In this document: positions 25,250 to 38,300 of the stretch, piece after piece | Layout of the letters: each line of letters opens with the position of its first letter | Numbering within the stretch: position 1 is the stretch's first letter | Origin: Eledone cirrhosa | Lineage: Eukaryota | Assembly: GCA_964016885.1 (NCBI GenBank) | Contig: OZ024741.1 | Location: 280,178,001 to 280,242,000 of the forward strand | Reading direction: 5' to 3' | Length of the DNA stretch: 64,000 nucleotides | The notes under the pieces: model-generated | Database searches by the model: none | The model's input: the letters and a program-made list of their open reading frames with translations, nothing else | Told to the model about the DNA's origin: nothing | Translations under genes and position numbers: made by a program

Positions 25250-25344
25250 GTGTGTATGTGTATATCAAGTTATAACTTTGCTATCAAGAATCATTTTATT
25301 CAATCAAAAGGTTGTGACTTCACTTTTTGTGGCAAGTGCCCCTT
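25085..25344. repeat. 260-bp palindrome centred on a (TA)n tract
   Basis: About 95 bp of unique sequence (AAGGGGCACTTGCC...) is mirrored with one substitution and a CA-length difference; the centre is self-complementary (TA)n. Confidence 0.95.
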
Positions 25345-25863
25345 TAAATGATGTTAACCTATTTAGGTTATAAAACTAAAAGTATCCAGTTTTCTGCTTT
25401 TTAAGTTACATAAAACAAACGGTAGTTTCTTTTCTAACGGGTTTAGAAAGTGAACTTGGTGGTTTTTCATGAGAGAAAATTTAAATCTCGTGTTACTGTT
25501 GGCGGCAAGTGGTGATTTTAATAAAGCCGCTTCTCATCATTTTTATTTACACCATCTATTTTCTTTTTCCGCTGACTGACTTATTTATTTGTAATACGAC
25601 TACCGAGTTTGTTTTGTTTATGTTGGTAACTTGGGTGAAACACTTTTATTAATAACAAATATATATTTCATTTATTTACCTGTAAACTATTTTGTTTTTA
25701 AGTTGCTTTTGTTGCGGTTGTGTCATCCAGTTAACGAAGAGTAACAATTATTTCCTTATTTACACTAATTTAGATTTTATTCTATTTTCTCTGTTACCTC
25801 CTACCTACATACTTACTACCTATCTTTTAACATCTGTGATTTCAATACTCCGTAAGAAGAAAC

Positions 25864-25898
25864 GTTGCTATGGAAATATTGTTTCAGTAAAGGTGAGT
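25864..25898 (+). promoter_or_regulatory. RFX X-box-like motif followed by a consensus splice donor (candidate alternative first exon)
   Basis: GTTGCTATGGAAAT at 25864-25877; AAG|GTGAGT after 25892. Confidence 0.4.
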
Positions 25899-27325
25899 AT
25901 GGAAAGAACAAATATGTCTTTAAGAAAATAGACGAAAAAAAGAAAGAGGGGAGTGAAAAAAACAACAGCAAACGTTTATTCAAACGAAGAATCTAGTGTT
26001 CTGTCAGATGTTCACAGTAACCTGGTTTGTTTTCTGTGGTTAATTAAGCTTCTGCTTCCTTCCCTACTTAGTTGAGTTGTGTGAGTTTTGACAGAAAACC
26101 TTGACCTCAGCTCACTCTTCTCACACTAGTCTTTGTTCTATCAACATTTCAAGCAAAGCATATTTCTACAACCAACCTCGTGTTCCAGCTTGCCTAGCAA
26201 TTTGCTTTGCCATTCCAAATCCAACGCGCTCTCATTCTTTTTCTCTTCCTGTTTTGTTCTTCAGGTTAGAGGAGAAAGAAAAATATTTTGGTTGAAATTT
26301 ATCTCTGTATCTCAGTGCCTTGGCATTTTATTTGTTTACCTAAACGTTAGCTGTCTCACAGCTATCTACTACCAACCTGCCTTTTTTTTTTTCTTCTTTT
26401 GTATCATATGTGTGCCAGATAAAAAAAAAAATTGTTCATTAGATATTTGCTTGGTTTCGGTTTCTTGTACTTATACCCGCTGCATCTACATATTATCATC
26501 ATCTATCTACACTATTATTGCTATTTAAACCCGTCATCCTCAGTGGTGCAGATCTGTTGATCAAGGACGTTCTCGCAAAAGGCTATCCCGTTTTTATATT
26601 TTGCCAGGGTTGTAGTGTAATATAATTTATAAGATTATAGAGTGTTATTTGATCGGAGGTAAATTTCGCTGCTATTTCTACTAGGTCTCACTTTTTGACA
26701 TGACATTACATGTACAATAAGTATGAGGAGCGTATTGTTTCTGGTTTCATTAGTGAAGAAGTCGCTGTTTTTAAGTGTCTGATTCACAGCAATCACTCTA
26801 GTTATTAAAGTTATTTATTACTTGACATAACAGAAAACTGCTGTTAATGCTATTATTACCAGTGCTTATCGGTTTGCTTTTGTTAGTAATATTGAATCAA
26901 GTTATCTGATAAGTAGCCAATTTGACATGTTTATGAGCGCAAAGAGCCCCACCCTCTTTGTATACAAAAGATAGCTATTGTCGTTTGTTAAATATTTTTC
27001 GAGAGCCAAGGAGTGCCAATAGTAGGAAGTAACTCTTTGAAGGCACACAATTTTTTTATATATTTTACACTGATGATCTCTCCCTCTCACGTTATCTGAA
27101 GTTTGCTTCCCCACTTGTTTGAACTTTCTGCAAACAATTGAACTGATAAGTATAGTGGAATACATAGCTGACTAGAGAATGAGAAACAACTGTTAGCTAG
27201 CTATGTGGACTTAATGGTAGTTAAATCTTTAATTTAGTCTTGTGTTTTGCAGTAGGCTGTATGTTGTTCAGCTCCAAATCAACTCTCAGCAGATTCCAGC
27301 AATGCCCCTCCTTTCTCCGTATTTT

Positions 27326-27375
27326 TATAGTGTACCCTGGACTACATTAACCAATGTAGTCCAGGGTACACTATA
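27326..27375. repeat. 23-bp-arm perfect hairpin
   Basis: TATAGTGTACCCTGGACTACATT, loop AACC, AATGTAGTCCAGGGTACACTATA. Confidence 0.92.
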
Positions 27376-27932
27376 TAGTGTGTCGTTCAAAGCTGATTTG
27401 GCTGCTATTTCTAGCAAGTTAAGCAATCGCATAGGGGCTCCCATATGAAAGCGGGCAATTAAAAAAGAATTGTGTTAATTTATGATTCTAAATGTCAATT
27501 TAGTTAGCATGGACAAAAATTCAAGTTCATAAAATACGGAAAACTATCTTTATTCAGTCATATCACATTATATATGCCAGTTCAAACTAATTGCTTAAAG
27601 TATATGCTGTAATATAATAGATGGTGTTGGGTTATTTATGACGACAGAAGATTTAGTTCACTCAGTATGTGGTCTAATGACCTTTCATTTGTTTTTTAGT
27701 TGTTTAACCCCAGGTTAGCCTTGACTGAGCAACTTTTCATGAAAAGTGTTTCTTTCAGGGTCTTTTTTTTTTTTTTTTTTAGTAAACATAGTGTAAGAGA
27801 CTCATTTTCAAACGAGTCCTTCCTTTATTAAGGTGGTAGGGCGTGATTTGTGAGAGGATTTGGTTACTATATCTACGGGGTTCTCTCTTTCTTGGTTGTT
27901 GTTTAACTTTAGGTCAGCCCTGATTGAGTATA

Positions 27933-28714
27933 TGAGGTGTCAAAAAAGTAACAGTACTTAGTGTGCTGTGTGAGCTATATGAGTGGGGTAGGGATTAGCA
28001 GGTTGCGTCATCGTGTGACATAATATCCGGAGATATATAACTGCGATCTCAGTTCTCTGCAGCCCTTGTATGTTTTTTAACTTGCTTTTGTTAACAACTT
28101 CTCAATTTTAGGTCGTCGACCGATGGGTACAGAGCAATGAACCAACCTGAAGTTTCTGGTCTGGCGAGGGAAAACTCTGTTAGAAGCACTCAGAATACTG
28201 CAGAAATGAGACGATGTCGCATTCAGGTTTTAAAGCGTCACTAACGGTGGATGACGACCCCAGGAACCGATAGTCTTCAACTAGTAGGACTGAGGCCAAC
28301 GTTGAACGCGTAAGGCAGATGATGCGTGGCGATTATCGGCTGACTGCTCCACTGATCATAAGTGGGCTGGGCATGAACCACGACAGCGTTTGGAAGATTA
28401 TCGCCGAAGATCTGCGTGAAGATGGTGCCGAAGCTGCTGAATAATGACCAGAAGGAGTGACGCGTGCAGATGTGTCAGAACATCCTCGAGCGTCTTGAAA
28501 CTGAACCAGATTTGCTGTGGAGAGTCATCATCGGTGATGAGTCTTCGATTTTCGAGTACGACCTGTTTTCCGGACTTGGAAGCCATCAGGGGGGCCGTGA
28601 CGTCGGAGCTGTGGAGAAGGATGGGAAACTGTTAGGCTTGAAGGGGAAAACCTGTAGTTTGTAGTTGAAATATTTTTTGTGACTCCAGTCCTGTTTCTTT
28701 TCTGACACACCTTG
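27933..28714 (+). mobile_element. Internally deleted mariner transposon (transposase pseudogene)
   Basis: TA at 27931-32 and 28715-16; TIRs TGAGGTGTCAAAAAAGTAACAGTACT and rc CAAGGTGTGTCAGAAAAGAAACAGGACT; peptides NLKFLV...DDDPR...MVPKLL...LLWRVIIGDESSIFEYD (first catalytic Asp), then a jump to the C terminus. Confidence 0.92.
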
Positions 28715-28864
28715 TACATATGGGTCAGTTGCATTCCAACCACGACCAGTCTGTCTTTTATACAATATATTGGACTACACTGTGCCCTTTCGTTTTCAAA
28801 ACGGTAAGGTATGATTTAAGGGAGATATGACTGCTATTTCTATCAGAGATGAAGGTGAACATAT

Positions 28865-29345
28865 AGTTTAACATCCTGTAATGAATTAGCAGAAAATATC
28901 CCAAAATGGGTTTGTTAATTCAAATGTTTATAATATCTTTACTAAGGGATAGATTGTTGTGAAAATTTGCAGTGTTAACTCTTAACACCCTGTAATTATT
29001 TAGCAGAAAATTTCCCTAAAAAGTGGGTTTTGTAATTTAAATGTTTATAGTAACTTTATTAGTGGACAGATTGTTATGGAAATTTGCTGTAAACTAAAGT
29101 AAAGGAGAGACCCCCGAGCAAGATAGTTGAATAACATCCATGAGCTCGGCTGGTCTTGCTTGGGTATTCAGCCAGATCAATTGGAGACAGTTGTATTTGA
29201 CGGGACCTGCTGGAAAGCATGTGAGGATTCTGCTCCCACGACCCTCCACGAAATAGGTGGTTGAAGAAGAAAAATGTGACAGTCATGTTGCTGTTTTATG
29301 CTTTTCAAGAATGTCTTGCTAATGTAGTTTCATGTGTTAAAGAAC
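28865..29345. repeat. Unclassified interspersed repeat with internal ~110-bp duplication (other copies ~33415-33880, 47563-47860)
   Basis: Shared TTAGCAGAAAAT...TTAATTCAAATGTTTATAG...AGTGGACAGATTG; ends resemble CTCTTAACAC/GTGTTAAGAG inverted termini. Confidence 0.6.
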
Positions 29346-30284
29346 ACCTATGATCAAAGCTTTTCTAGTCACGATTAACCACACCATTTTGTTTTCAGAA
29401 ATAATGTATCTTCTATATGTCCTTTTTTTAAACTAACAGTCCTGTACCACATGAAACCACATTAGTAAGACTATCTTAAAAAGTATAAAACATTACTATG
29501 ACTATCACATTAAAAATTAAAGTCTTTATTTTAGTTTATGTTCCTCTTTAAAAAAAAATTCTTAGTCAACCGGGTATGGATGTTTGTTAAGTATAAATAA
29601 CAATCTTAGTCAACAGTCAACAGAGTATGTTTGGTAAGGGTAAATAGCTAACTGCATTTTCAATAAAACTGTGTCTCAATAGTGTTTGACATTTAATAAA
29701 GAACAGGTGTTATCTAGAAACTATTAATTGATATAGCTTCACTAGAGCTAGTATCAATCAATGAAGAAATTGTCTATGTAATCAGTTTTTGTGTGTTCCA
29801 TATGTTGCACCAGGATCAGATTTATTAGAAGAGACACTGCCACTAGGGCTGTGTTAACCATTTAAGCAAAATAAGCAACGTGCTTACAGTATTAAGAAGG
29901 GATGAAAGGCACCATTTTATTCAAATTAAATGTCATTAAAAAAATTTTACGGACTATATATATAGTATCAAGGATATAACACGCTGCCAGGAATTAAACT
30001 CACAACCTTACAATCATGAGCAGAATACCCTAACCACTAAGCCATGTTCTTTCACTTATAATAGGAGCTACATATATATCTGTCTGTGACTCCTCACACA
30101 AGCTAATAATGTCACTAAAATTGTTCTTTTCTGTTGTATTCACTGATGCTAGAAATCAACATTGTATTTGGCAAAAGTGTCATATGCCTTTTTTCTCCAC
30201 ACACACATACAAGCATGCACAGATACAACGTATATGACTTACTGCAATGTAATTTCAGTGCTTTAGTTTTTCTTGTGCATACCA

Positions 30285-31075
30285 CCATCATCATCATCAT
30301 CGTGTTTATGTATGTTTTTACACACTTACATGGGTTGGAATGTCCTCAGCACGACATCTCTCCAGTCATTGCGATCATTTGTCACCTCCTCTGTGAGTCT
30401 CAGCAATTTGAGGTCAGCTCTCATAACCTCTGTCCAGGTCTTTCTCGGTCTACCTTTACCACAGCTTTCTTCTACTGGAATTTTCTGGCACTTCTTCACC
30501 CAACGATCATTATCCATGTGCATCACATGTCCATACCAATGCAATCTTCTCTCCAGAACACTACCTCGGATTCCTCTTAAACCCAGCTTCACCCTCAACT
30601 CGTCCAACCTTTGTCTTTCTCTCATACTTACATTGCACATTCAATGGAGTATGGTTGCTTCATGTCCTCTGTAGTCACTGCACCTGTTTCACTACCATGC
30701 AAGCATTGCACTTTGCACACAGGCATTATAGTTGTCCTTTTCTACGTAGGGAGAAACCCTTTATGGTCAACGGTGGGAGTAGCTCTCTGAACTTTTTCCA
30801 TCCTCTCCTTATTCTAGCTATTATGCTCTCAGAGCACCCTCCTCCATTGCTAATTACATGGCTTAGATAGCAGAAGGTATCAACCACTTCTATGGGTCCT
30901 TCCTGTGACTGAAATAGATTTACATCACTGGCTCTCTTCTTGGTTATCCTTGCACAACTTCTACAAACAGTCTTCACTTCCTGTTAGTCTATGTTATCCC
31001 AACTACATCTCTTGTGTAATCAAGATTTACATTGTGTACATGATATGGAGTTTATGCCTACTCCCTTTCTACTAT
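30285..31075 (-). mobile_element. RTE-clade LINE 3' portion with Cys/His (PHD-like) insert, decayed
   Basis: RKGVGINSISCTQCKS*LHKRCS...VCRSC, EVVDTFCYL...GWKKFRELLP, MCNVS...RRLHWYGHVMHMD...GRPRKTW...RNDWR, (TGA)n tail. Confidence 0.92.
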
Positions 31076-34000
31076 GCTAAGTGACACAACTTTATATTTT
31101 TAGTGACTTATGAAGTTAGAACCTGTGGGCCAGTCTGGTTGATTATTTTCTTAGTCAGTAGACCTCAATTCTTTCTAATTTAGGAACAGGACCAACAGAA
31201 TAGGAGGAATGAAAAGTTGATTAGATTGATCCCAGTACTTAACTGGTACTTTATTTTATGAACCCTGGAATGATGAAAGACAATGATTTGAATTCAGTAT
31301 GTAAAGGGCCAAAACTATGTTACAAAGCATTTTATCCAACACACTAACAATTCTGCCAATCCACCACCCTTTATTATACACCTCAATAATAATAGTAATA
31401 ATAATTGATTTTTACTTTTTTTTTTCACACATGTTGCTGCAATAAACCTTAGAAAGACGATTGTAAAATACTGAATGCATAATTAGAAATCAGTGTAGCA
31501 GTAAAGCTTATTGATTTCTGCCTTAAATCCATATGTTGACAGGATGCACTATTAAAGAAGAGAGTCTGTTTCAGAAAAAGGAAATCTTGCCAAATGCTAA
31601 AACAAACTCATCCTCTAACATGTAAAATGAGATATAACACATGCAATTGTATTTTAAAGGTTGGAGAGAAACTGGTGCAAAGCAATTTTGAAAGAGCAAA
31701 GTATAGAATAAGATAGAGCAAGGACAACAAGTGTTATGATATCAATAGTTGTATTATTATTATTAGTAGTAGTTAGGGCGGTGGATTGGCAGTATTGGTT
31801 GGGCGTTGGACTACATGCTTTGCAGTATAGTTACGGCTCTTTACATTCCAAGTTCAAATCATGCTGAGGTTAGCTTTGCCTTTCATCCTTATAGAGTCAA
31901 TAAAATAAAGTACTAGTAATATACTGGGGTCGACTTAATCAACTTTCCTCTCCTCCTCCACCAAATTGTTGATCTTGTGCCTAGATCAGAAACCATTATT
32001 AGCAGTAGTAGTTTTACTGCAGAATAAGTTAGTATTGATTTATTGTGGGTGCTTGTGTACCTGTTAGGATATAAGCTTCATTGGAGATGTTGTTTGAAAT
32101 CCACTGCAAGTTGATACTAAGTCATTTTTCATATGTGGTTGAGTGCAGCAGGAAATCATGAGTATCTGATTACATTGGCACTCAGAAGAATGATATAAAT
32201 ATGAATGTAGGTGTATGTGTATGATATATGAGTATATATCTATATTTATGTATATGGATGACGTATCCATGTGTGTGTATACATACGTGTATATGGATGC
32301 TTGTATCCATGTATGTATCTAAAGGGAATATATATAGATATATGGATACTTACACATTAGTAATATTTAATAAAACACATCACATAAATTGGCAGCCATT
32401 AGAATATCAGAAAGAATGCTTTGTGGTGTTTGTTTCGGCCCTCTGCTCTGAGTTCAAATCCTGCTATGGTCAACTTTTGCCTTTCATCCATTCTAGTTTG
32501 ATTAAAAAAAAAAAAAAAGTAACTGTCAGGTGTTGAGGTCAATTCTTCCTGTATATCTCACTCTTACTTTCACTCTCACTCGACATGCTTTTCTGGAAGA
32601 AATCTACTGTATTCAGACCTGGAGAGGGATGGGCTTCACCAGGTTTAAAAATGCCCTAAAAACGCTGTCAATACAGCCCCCCCCCCCTACAACTCCCTCA
32701 AGAGTTATAGGACCATGCATACAAAACACACATGTTAGTACATATATTTGCAGTGTATTTATTAAGTTAATAGTGCAGCACTAGTGACTTAATGCAGTGG
32801 GCCATCTATAGTTATGCTTGAGTGCTTTTCTGTTGCATTCTCAATGATGTCTATGGTTGAAATTTAAGCTAAATATTGCAATGAAATGTTTGTGAATTAT
32901 ACAATGCACTTACTACTTCCAACATTTAACTGTATGGCTGGCTCCTTTGTAGGCTAAATGTAACATCCAAAATCCAGGGCTTTCTAACTCCTGTTGGGGG
33001 AACCCCTCCACCACTTCCTATCTCTGGCTATATGGGGCTAAGGTAGCAGGTCAGATCATCATGCCATCTGGCGGATTTTCGCTGCCCTCTGGTTCTTTTC
33101 CACTGCCTTGGTCTCTACTCTCTTACTCTAATAATCCACCTGTTATCTCTGAAATGAGAGATGTGGCCAGCACATTTATGTTTGCCCTTCTAACATACAA
33201 CCTAGACTCAAGAGGTAATGTGTGTGTGTGTATGTAAAGACTGTAACTCTTGACGGGTACTGTAGTGACATAAGTATCTTGGACCTTTTTTTTTTAAAAC
33301 ATGGCAGAGCGACAACAGGTATTATGAAGCTGTAAACCTATATCATATTTACTGTTATCATACACCTGTCTCTCCCTGATCATTAACAACATACACCAGA
33401 CAACTTAGATTGCTTAACTCTTAGCTTCTTGTAATGATTTAGCAGAAAATATTGTAAACAAGTTTGTTAATTCAAGTGTATATAGGATCTTTCCTAAGAG
33501 TGGACCGATCACCATCATCATCGTTTTAAACGTCTGCTTTCCCTGCTGGCAAAGGTTGGATGGGTCTACATAAACCAAGTCAGTACTGAAACGGTGCTAC
33601 TGATCTCCCAGGCAGGCTAGGGGGTCTGTTATCTTGCTTACGTACTACTGCTTCATGTTCCACTGAGTGCTCAAGAGAGGTTGTCATGTCCTTGACACAA
33701 CTGAATAGTCATGTCAACTCTGTTTGGAAAGCTTACTCCAGCTGGATGCCCTTATTGTGTAGATCACCAACATTAGGGAGGCTGTCATGTCCTTGAGAAA
33801 ATTTGCAAACTATATTTCAATGTAGTTATAGTGCTGTTTTCAAGAATGTCTTGCTAATGTGGTACAAGATGTTAAGAGTAAAGGTGAATAATAATGGATC
33901 CTCTGTTGGATTTTGCTGATGAGTATGTATTTAGTTGGCCGATCAACTGAATGTTTGTGTGGGTTAAGTATTCTACTGACATACATACCTTAATGTAATA

Positions 34001-34108
34001 CCAAAGCCTAATCAGTGTGACACAATCACATGTACAAGCCATCTGACAGGCTTCTACATAATTTCAGTATATCCAATTTCTCTCACAAAGCTTCGGTTGG
34101 CTCTAGGT

Positions 34109-34780
34109 CAGTCAAGGACAAACTGTGGCGCGTGAGCTGCATACGGCCTGTTTAGCTTTCTGAATGGCATGCCTAATTTCAAAATTGCCTTGAAGTTTTT
34201 AGTAGTGCACCACGTCTTATGATGAGCCACATCCTATGCAGCCCACTGCTTGAAAAAGGTTGCTTGTGCCTGCTCTAAGCTATGGTAAATACACACACAT
34301 ATATATATATTATCGCCATTTAACATCTATTTTTTTCCATGCTTGGATGGATTAGACAGGTCGTCCACATTATGCGACAAATCTGGCCAGTTGGAGGCAC
34401 CATACCTTGTCCAAACAGAACTGTACTTTGGCTGGGTTTTTGGATGCCTTTACTAATAAATTTTGATATTTGCATATTCCATTTTCTTGTTAATGGCATT
34501 TTCATAAATGTTGTTCCTGTTCCACCAATTAGAGAGTATAGACCAGAAACAGTTCTGTATGAGCAAGACATGGTCATCTGATCTGATTTGTCTCACAATG
34601 GGACAGCTCGTCTAACCCATACTAGCATGGATAAATGAACGTTAAATGGTGATGATGATGATCAGTGATGGGTAAACCATGGCCTGTTTGGCTTTCTGAA
34701 TGGTATGTCTAATTTCAAAATTGCCTTGAGTTGAGCTACCTCTTATATGACTCACTGCTCGAAAAAGCTTGCACATACCT
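34109..34780 (+). mobile_element. Two copies of a short hAT-like MITE (~34109-34273 and ~34663-34780)
   Basis: Shared GGCCTGTTT(A/G)GCTTTCTGAATGG...AATTTCAAAATTGCCTTGA...CACTGCT(T/C)GAAAAAG; CAG...CTG-type termini. Confidence 0.5.
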
Positions 34781-35289
34781 ATTATAGATTATGATCTCAT
34801 TGATTTTTTTTCTGTGATTATTTAAACATACAGTTGATCCCTACTTATGTAGTTCTAAATCTAATTTTGTGCAGCAAGTTTACAGTTTGTGTCAAGTACT
34901 ACATGCACTAACCTTGCAAATAAATAATGGTTAAAAGACTTAAAACTTGCATAAAATTTATAAAACCATTACATATGCTTCTCAGGCTCAGAGAACATCA
35001 AACATTGGGTCACGACACCTGCTACAAAGTTGAATGCAGTTGATTTTTCCTTGCAGTTGCCGTTTAACTTCAAAGACATTTTATTTGAGTCAAAGACTCA
35101 GTTGGAATTTTTTCTCTTTTTATGAACAATTTCGCCGCCAGTGCACTACACAATATTCTCAGCTGTCAGCTCTGACCTTTAGTTGAACAATATCTTATTA
35201 AATAAGTAATATCACTACCTAATGTTTATGACTGCTACATTATTAGATTCTTTATAGCTTAGGTTATACATGTGTGTATATATATATAT

Positions 35290-35337
<48 letters not shown>

Positions 35338-38300
35338 ATGTGTATTTATAAATATGTGTATACACACATTTTCTTTCCACCCACCCCACACTACCATGTT
35401 CTTATCTATTTTATTCACATCATAAAATAGGGAATGGCCTTTTGTTAGCAGTTGCTGTCCTGAATTCAGTTTTATATTGGATGGAAGTCATGTAGTTCTT
35501 TTGCATTCCATTGTCAATGTTGTCTTCTTGCTGATATCACAAACAATGTCATTTTTATTTGTTAGTTCATTTTAGTTTTTCTATTGATGATGATGATAAT
35601 AATAATAAAATTGCTTGTATTGATTATTAAATAAAGAATGTGGTCTGTTAAAATGTGACAATTTTCTCCTCTGTATTTCAGAAAATGTAGACAGTTGTAG
35701 TTGTTAGACAGGTAAACGTTGACATTAAGAATGGACAACATCCCCAAAATTTTGTGTATTTTCTCCCTTCCATCTCACTCACCCCAAGCTGTAAAGTCTG
35801 GGATGAAATTATATAATTAAAGTTGACTGGATATGTATTTTATCAATTCAACTGCAAGTCATTTTTCTGGGAGGGGGTGGGGGTCAATCACTCTATTCAC
35901 TTTCTTCTCCTTCCTCCTCTTCTTCTTTTTCCTAAGAGGATTGTGGGGGCACAGTCCTCAGACACGCCTTCCTTAGTCTCCTATCGGAAGCGACTGTCTC
36001 CAAATGATCCGCCTGAGTCCCTTAGTGAAACCAAACTTTGCTGCTTTACAGATGTTATCCAACGATCTTGCTCATGGTCGTTTACTCATTTATTTGACAT
36101 AATTTTTTCCAACTATTTTTATCCAACTGCCCTACCACTTAAAACAAAGAACAAAAGTCATATATTTGTATATTTACTTTAGCTCTGAAGGAGTATATAA
36201 GTGGTCATGACTAGTTGTTGTCTTCCTGAAAGCTTCTTAAATACTTCTAAGCACTACTACTTGACATTTCCAAGAAAATATTTAGTTGAATAAATAAATG
36301 AAAAGTTATGAAAAGTTATAGCAATGCTTCATTTCAAAACGACCTAAGTTGGTGCAGTTTAGTATTTCAGATCTTTAGTTGAAAAATGGTAATTACCAAA
36401 ACGAGACGTTACTTAACTGATAATAATCTGCCCTTAGTCAAAACCTATTGCATTTCTTATGTCATCATTATCATTGTTTAACATACACTTTTCCTGCTAG
36501 CAAAGGTTGGATGGGTTGTCAACAGACAAAGTCTGTACTCAAGCGGAATGACTGACCTCTTGAATGGGCCATGTGCTCAGATGGCCTGGTTGTTGCAACT
36601 CTCTTGCACACGATCACATGCTCTATTGAGTGCATTTTATCATGACACCTGCACTAAGGAGGATGTCACGTCTTTGACATAGCTGAAGAGCCCTCTCGAA
36701 TTTGTTTAGCAGGTTTCCTATGGCTTGATGCCCTTCCTGTCACCAGTCACTTTACAGAGTGTACTGGGTGCATTTAACGTGTAGCTCACTAACTCTAGAT
36801 AGGTTGTCAAGTCTTTGACTCATTTGTTGAGTTTTCTCGACTCTTTTATTCTGGCATGATTTCTACTGCAGGAAATATATAAATTGAATGAAATATATAA
36901 AGTTGAATATACTGAATTAAAGAGGCCATCCAGGTTTAAAGATTATTGCTTTTACAATTCATAAGAATATACATTGACAAAAATTATCTTATTGCAAACT
37001 AACACAAAAAATATGAAAACGTTTTAAAATATGAAATGTAAATATAATTGCTTTTAATTTTTTCTTATTTCTCTTTTAATATATTTAAAAATCAATCTTT
37101 CTCACTGTTCACACTGAATTTGCTGTTGCTCTTCAACACATATTTTCTGTAACACATTCCTTTGTAGATAATTCAGTTCCTTTGTACTGTAACTTAGATA
37201 AGTGTTTTAAATCAACTATTGGGTAGCTTGCCAGTATCTAATCCATTGTATAACTGTGGCGAGTGTTACTTATTATAGACCAATGAATGTCTAATAGCTG
37301 AGATTATATTATTTCAATTGCATTAGGCATGAATATTTGTTGTTTTATCTACAAAAGATAGTGGGAGGCAATTATTGTTGTGTTTTGGGGGAGGGGGGGG
37401 GGTCTTTTAAGAGGGTGTTGGAGTTTGCTTGAAATGTGTGTAAAATGTAAAAAATAGTTTTATTACCTTGCAGTTATTTAATGGTTCTTAATATTTCAGG
37501 ATAAAATCCCTTCATCAAAAGAATAATTGGGGAAACTAATTCAGAGCATGATATGTGTTGTTGTCCTAAGCTACCGTTTTTACTGCTGTGACTCACATTT
37601 AACTTCACTTTCCTCTTCTTTAACATCTTTAAAACCATTCACAATGAGAAAGCTCATAATATTCATTCAGTAGTGCGAATTATATGTTTTCAAGCCGGCT
37701 AACTGTTCTAGCTTTTTCTTTGATCAGATGCATTCCAATATTAATATAGATATTGACAATCTAGTCTATATATCTGACATGTTATTAACCTGTATTGAAC
37801 CTGTTCTGGATATCCATCAATAACAGTCAAGTTATTGAAATGGTGCTGTCATATTTTGATCAATGAATATGAATTCGTCTTGAGTATATTTCTGTTGAGA
37901 CATTTCTATTATTGGAATGATGGTTTTGTTCTTAGGTGGCAAGTCCTCCTCATCATCATCACCATTTAATGTCTGTCTTCTCTGCTAGCAAGGGTTGGAT
38001 GGATCGTGCCAAACATTGTCAGTATTTAAGAGGACCAGGGGCCTACATCTGAGTGCATTTTATTGTGGCATCAACACTAGGGGGTGGGGCATTATGTCTT
38101 TGACACAGCTGCAGTTTCCTCCTGACTGGCAGGGTTTCTACTACAGTTGGATGCCCTTCCTATTACCAAGTGCTTGTTTTTATTTTTGATGGGTGGAAGT
38201 ATATAATTAATTGAATCGGTACCAGTATATTACTTAATTATTGATGTATTATTTATCTGAAATGGATGAAAAGGAAAAGTCCAGCTTGGCAGGATTTCAC

